A stretch of DNA of 21,404 nt from Chiloscyllium plagiosum (taxonomy: Eukaryota): positions 26,890,949 to 26,912,352 of the forward strand of contig NC_057749.1 of NCBI RefSeq assembly GCF_004010195.1, given 5' to 3'. The notes under the pieces were generated by a model that did no database searches, was not told the DNA's origin, and saw nothing but the letters and a program-made list of their open reading frames with translations. The position numbers and the translations under genes were made by a program. Shown here one piece after another: positions 17,040-21,404 of this stretch. Numbering within the stretch: the first letter of the stretch is position 1; every line of letters begins with the position of its first letter.

Positions 17040-18399
17040 TTCCTTGAATTGCATGTTAACAACTAGTCACAGACAATAATTATGATAAGACATTTTTCCA
17101 AAGGTAATGAAGATGACCTAAATGTTAGGTGTTATTCCTTCGAGAATCTAAACTCATCAAGTCCATATGACATCTTCCTAATGGGTAGTGCTTAAGGCAT
17201 TCCTTAGTATTAAGTCTTGACAACATACCTCTATTTTTAACAATAATAGGTCATGAGACTTGCCCTACAATCCTTAATTTCACAAAGTAGATGACCTCCA
17301 AATTATCCTGACCACAGGAAATGCACTAATAGAAGGACAATTATATCTATCCAAGACCTATCTCCTAACCTCAACAGCTTACCTCTTCCTGAAGCTGGCA
17401 AATCAATGTGCTTAGATTCTGCTGTTCCTTTTCCTATTAAAAAAAAGACTTCAATAAATTCCTTTTATACAAAATGCATGTTTATCCATTATGTTTCAAT
17501 AAAATGTTGTGGAATAATTTCAACGGCATCTGGAATTTTCAGGCCAGACTTTAGTATACCTATTTAAATTTTGAATATTTTAATTCATTTTGAATTTTGG
17601 AACCTAGGCAATGGCAAACCAATAATCACCAAGGCAGATGAACTCAATCAAAGGCTAGCAATAGATGATGCCAAACTTCAAATTTCCAAAAGAAATATCG
17701 AACTGATAGGAATCAGGATTTCCATAGGTTTGAAAACCTTGAAAAGAGTGAATGAATCATTAGCTTTTGCAGTCTACACATTGAGGAAAAACATATAAAG
17801 CTGTATAGATTCAACCTGAAGGGAACAACAAGAATGTTCAAAGCAGCACTGATCATAATAATGTTATGGTTGGGCATCCTTCAGTCATCTTTGTTTCCAC
17901 ATAAAATAAATGCCACTGCCACCTCCAGATTCGAATCTTCAATTGACTGGTATCTAATACTCAACTCTTATACTTATCTAATACTTAACAAACTTTAAAC
18001 TTTAACCAAAACTCTATTCCACCTTCTAGGTCCAGCCACCTTCAGCTGCTTCATTAATAACTTTCCCTTCATCATAATGTCAGAAGTGAGATGCTTGCTA
18101 ATTTTTGCACAATCTTCAACACCATTCACAACTCAAAAGACTGAAGCATTTTGTGTCCAAATACAACAAGACCTGAACAATATTCAGGCTTAGGCTGACA
18201 ATTGCAGGTAACCTTTATGCCTTACAATTTTAATATAATGACAACTTCCAACAAGAAAGAACCTTAGCATCTCCCCTTGAGGTTCAATGGCAGTTCCATC
18301 ACTGGGTCCCTTCAAACTTTTCAGGTATATCATGGATGGAACTGGAACAACCAGTTAAATACTCTAGTTACAAGAACAGTTCAAAGGCTGGAACAATCT

Positions 18400-19388
18400 G
18401 TCATCCTCTGCCATTTCCACCAGCTACAACAGACCCCACTACCAGAGATATATTTCCCTCCCCATCCCTATCTGCGTTACGCACAGACCATTCCGTGCAT
18501 GACTCCCTTGTTAAGTCCACGCCCCCCCACCCTCCACTCCTGGCACCTTCCCTTGCTACCGCAACAGGTGTAAAACCTGCGCCCACACCTCCCCCATCAC
18601 CTCCATTCAAGGCCCCAAAGAATCCTCCACATCCGATAGAGATTTTCCTGCACCTCCACACACGCTATCTACTGTGTCCATTAGAATGGGTTTAGAGGGA
18701 TAAGTGCTGACAAATGGGTATAGATTAGGTTAGAATATCTGAGCGGCATGGACAAGTTGGACTGAAGGGTCTGTTTTCGTGCTGTATATCTCTATGACTC
18801 TATGGTCTCCTCTACATTGGGGAGAAAGGACACCAACTTGCAGAATGTTTCAGAGAACATTTCTGGGCCACACGCACTAAACTACCACACCGCCCTGTGG
18901 CCAAACACTTCCCTCTGTCCCCAACTCCACCAAGGACATACAAGTCTTGGGCCGCCATTACTGCCAAATTCTATCCACCCGACGAATGGAGGAAGAATGC
19001 CATGGGATCAATGTCGATTTCACCAGTTTCCTCATCTCCCCTGCCCCACCTTATCCCAGATCCAACCCTCCAATTTGGTATCATCCTCTTGAACTGTCCT
19101 ATATTTCCATCTCCCTTTCCACCCATCTGCTCCACCCTCCACTCCAACCTATCACCATCACCCCCCACCCCATCTTCATCTACCTATCGCATTATCAGTT
19201 ACCTTCCCCCAAACCCCACGCCTGCCCATTTATTTCTTAGCCCTTGGGCCTTTCCACATTCCTGATGAAAAGCTTATGCCTGAAGCATCGACTCTCCTGC
19301 TCCTCGGATGCTGTCTGACCGTTTGTGCTTTTCCAGCACCACACTTCTTGACTCTGATCTCCAGCATCTGCAGTCCTCACTTACTCCT
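18400..19388 (+). mobile_element. Penelope-like element 3' half with GIY-YIG endonuclease remnant (Cys-rich linker, Neptune-like)
   Basis: DPTTRDIFPSPSLSALRTDHSVHDSLV, GTFPCYRNRCKTC, FSCTSTHAIYCV .. GLLYIGEKGHQLAECFREH; pyrimidine-rich UTR; decayed hammerhead at ~19258-19292. Confidence 0.9.
18686..18804 (+). mobile_element. CR1 3' tail inserted between the GIY and YIG motifs
   Basis: ggtttagagggata...ggcatggacaagttggactgaagggtctgttttcgtgctgtatatctctatgactctatg. Confidence 0.8.
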
Positions 19389-20099
19389 CAAATCCTGCCC
19401 ACCTCCTGCAAGGCACAAGTCAGAAGTTGATGGAAAGCTCCCTACTTGTCTAGATTAGTGGAGCTCCATCACCCAAAAGTTCAATGAAATCCAAGACATC
19501 AAGTCGCCCATTTGATTGGCATACCATCCACCAACATAAACATTCATTTCCTTTACCAATGGCGCACAAAGGCAGCAGTGTGCCATCTACAAGATGCACT
19601 GCTGCAATTCACCAAGGTTCCTTTAACAGCATCTTCCAAATCCATTACTTCCACCATGTAGGTGAGATGGGGCACAAAAGCACAGGATCACCACCAACCA
19701 CACACCACCCTGACTTTGAATATTACTGCTCCTTCGCTGGTGAAAAATCAATATTCTGGAACTCCCTTCAGTTCAAAAAGGAAGTTCACCATCACCCTTA
19801 AGGTAAATTAGGGACGGGCAACAAATGCTGTCCTGGCCAGTTGCAGCCAAAGAATGCGAACAAAAAAAACTCATCCATATCCATGCTGGGTTAGAATGGC
19901 TCCTACTTAAATATTTTACTGCAAAATTGTAAATTCTCACAGTCCAGCTTAAATCCCTTCAATATCCCCTCATTTTTATCTTCAATGCCTACCTCATTCT
20001 TATAAAAACTTCTCTCTCACTTGGAAATGCTTATTCCACTCATTCTGGCTTCTTGTACATGTCTATCTTCCTCTGACCTACATTGACAACTACACTTTA

Positions 20100-20292
20100 G
20101 AATGTAGGCCTCTGTCTGAAATCCTGCACATTTCAATTTTCCTCATCCGCTATAAAATCCCTCTTTAAATCCACCTTTTTGACTACATTTTGAGTATCCT
20201 AACCTTTTGTTTTCAGCTTGGTATGATATGAAACATTTTTGGATCTTCTTCCACGTTTAAAATACCATATAAAAAGTCATTATGTTGGTTGT
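20100..20292 (+). mobile_element. Decayed L2-like 3' end
   Basis: ctttaaatccacctttttgactacattttg ... ccatataaaaagtcattatgttggttgt resembles L2-type termini. Confidence 0.4.
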
Positions 20293-20535
20293 ACTGTTCA
20301 TTGGAACACAGTCTTTGAAGCTGAAGCCTGCATTAGGGTTAAAGAACTGAAAAAGTTCAGTTCAGGATAAAGTAACAAATATCTGCAATTTAAAGTGGAA
20401 CACTCTTTTCCTCATTGGACCCAATGACTGTCGAATCATTGCTGCCAGAAAAATGACTGCATATACCAGTTGAGAATGTCAGGTTTAGCTGTGATGTGCT
20501 TTACCATGAAAGAACTTGCTGGCAATCACTACCAA

Positions 20536-21404
20536 GGCGTCATCTGAAAACTTACTAACTGTACCTCTTATGCTCACATACAAATCATTTATGTAAATGA
20601 AAAAAAGTAGAGGACCCAGCACTGATCCTTGTGGCACTCCACTGGTCACAGGCCTCCAGTCTGAAAAACAACCCTCCACCACCACCCTATCTTCTACCTT
20701 TGAGCCAGTTCTGTATCCAAATGACTAGTTCTCCCTGTATTCCATGAGGTCTAACCTTGCTAATCAGTCTCCCATGGGGAGCCTTGTCAAACATCTTACT
20801 GACGTCCATATAGATCACATCTACTGCTCTGCCCCCATCAATCCTCTTTGTTACTTCTTCAAAAAACTCAATCAAGTTTGTGAGACATGATTTCCCACGC
20901 ACGAAGCCATGTTGACTATCCCTAATCAGTCCTTGCCTTTCCAAATACATGTACATCCTGTCCCTCAGGATTCCGTCCAACAACTTGCCCAACACCAACG
21001 TCAGGCTCACTGGTCTATAGTTCCCTGGTTTGTCCATACCGCCCTTCTTAAACAGTAGCACCACGTTTTCCAACCTGCAGTTTTCCGGCACCTCACCTGT
21101 GACTATCAATGTTACAAATATCTCAGCAACAGGCCCAGCAATCATTTCTCTAGCTTCCCACAGAGCTCTAGGGTACACCTGATCAGGTCCTAGGGATTTA
21201 TCCACCTTTACCCATTTCAAGACATCCAGCACTTCCTCCTCTGTAATATGGACATTTTTCAAGATGTCACCATCTATTTCCCTACAGTCTATATCTTCCA
21301 TATCCTTTTCCACAGTAAATATTGGAGGTGTAGTGTCATTTAGTATCTCCCCCATTTTCTGCGGTTCCACACAAAGGCCGCCTTGCTGATCTTTGAGGGG
21401 CCCT
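20536..21404 (-). mobile_element. CR1 LINE ORF2 reverse transcriptase fragment
   Basis: KSLGPDQVYPR, KPGNYRPVSLT, SQHGFVRGKSCLTNLIEFF, VDVIYMD..K.FDK.PH, in-frame stop at 20687-20689, then [28 protein letters not shown]. Confidence 0.95.

Larger units (their letters stand above)
18027..19870 (+). mobile_element. Old CR1/L2-group LINE (RT to 3' end) split by a Penelope element
   Basis: GPATFSCFINNFPFIIMSEVRCL (decayed RT region), QQDLNNIQA*ADNCR; resumes ~19390 with IYKMHCCNSPRFL, FWNS and a tail ending in an A run at ~19862-19869. Confidence 0.72.

Noticed and set aside
17050..18020. Possible host exon or ORF 17571-17798
   Set aside because: No recognisable domain or convincing splice context; AT-rich and probably very old repeat debris. 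Left unassigned.
19258..19292. Active hammerheads at 19258, 14045, 16326 and 712-744
   Set aside because: Each has core or stem lesions (GAAG with broken stem II; AAAA for GAAA; ACAU for ACGU; AAGU for ACGU).

Overview
Non-genic, repeat-saturated vertebrate DNA, most likely from a shark (HE1-like V-SINEs, CR1 LINEs and Penelope-like elements typical of elasmobranchs). No host gene is supported; the recognisable ORFs are decayed transposon fragments or their alternate/antisense frames. The left half is a decayed Gypsy/Ty3 LTR retrotransposon (~744-11287, + strand). Its 5' LTR is split at the TATA-like motif ATAAACAGGAG by a ~4.8 kb head-to-tail array: eight 5'-truncated Tx1-clade non-LTR retrotransposon copies plus one unrelated insert, separated by copies of that motif. 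The 3' LTR carries an independent, diverged Tx1-like insert at the same motif. The most interesting candidate system is therefore a sequence-specific Tx1 element that targets the promoter of an LTR retrotransposon, builds an apparently ordered array there, and carries read-through target/donor sequence. Penelope-like termini contain minimal hammerhead ribozyme motifs (one intact at 2102-2137). The right half is a nest of an older minus-strand Gypsy, CR1, Rex1/Babar, L2-like, Penelope and SINE fragments. Family names come from manual motif recognition, not database searches; boundaries of decayed elements are approximate.
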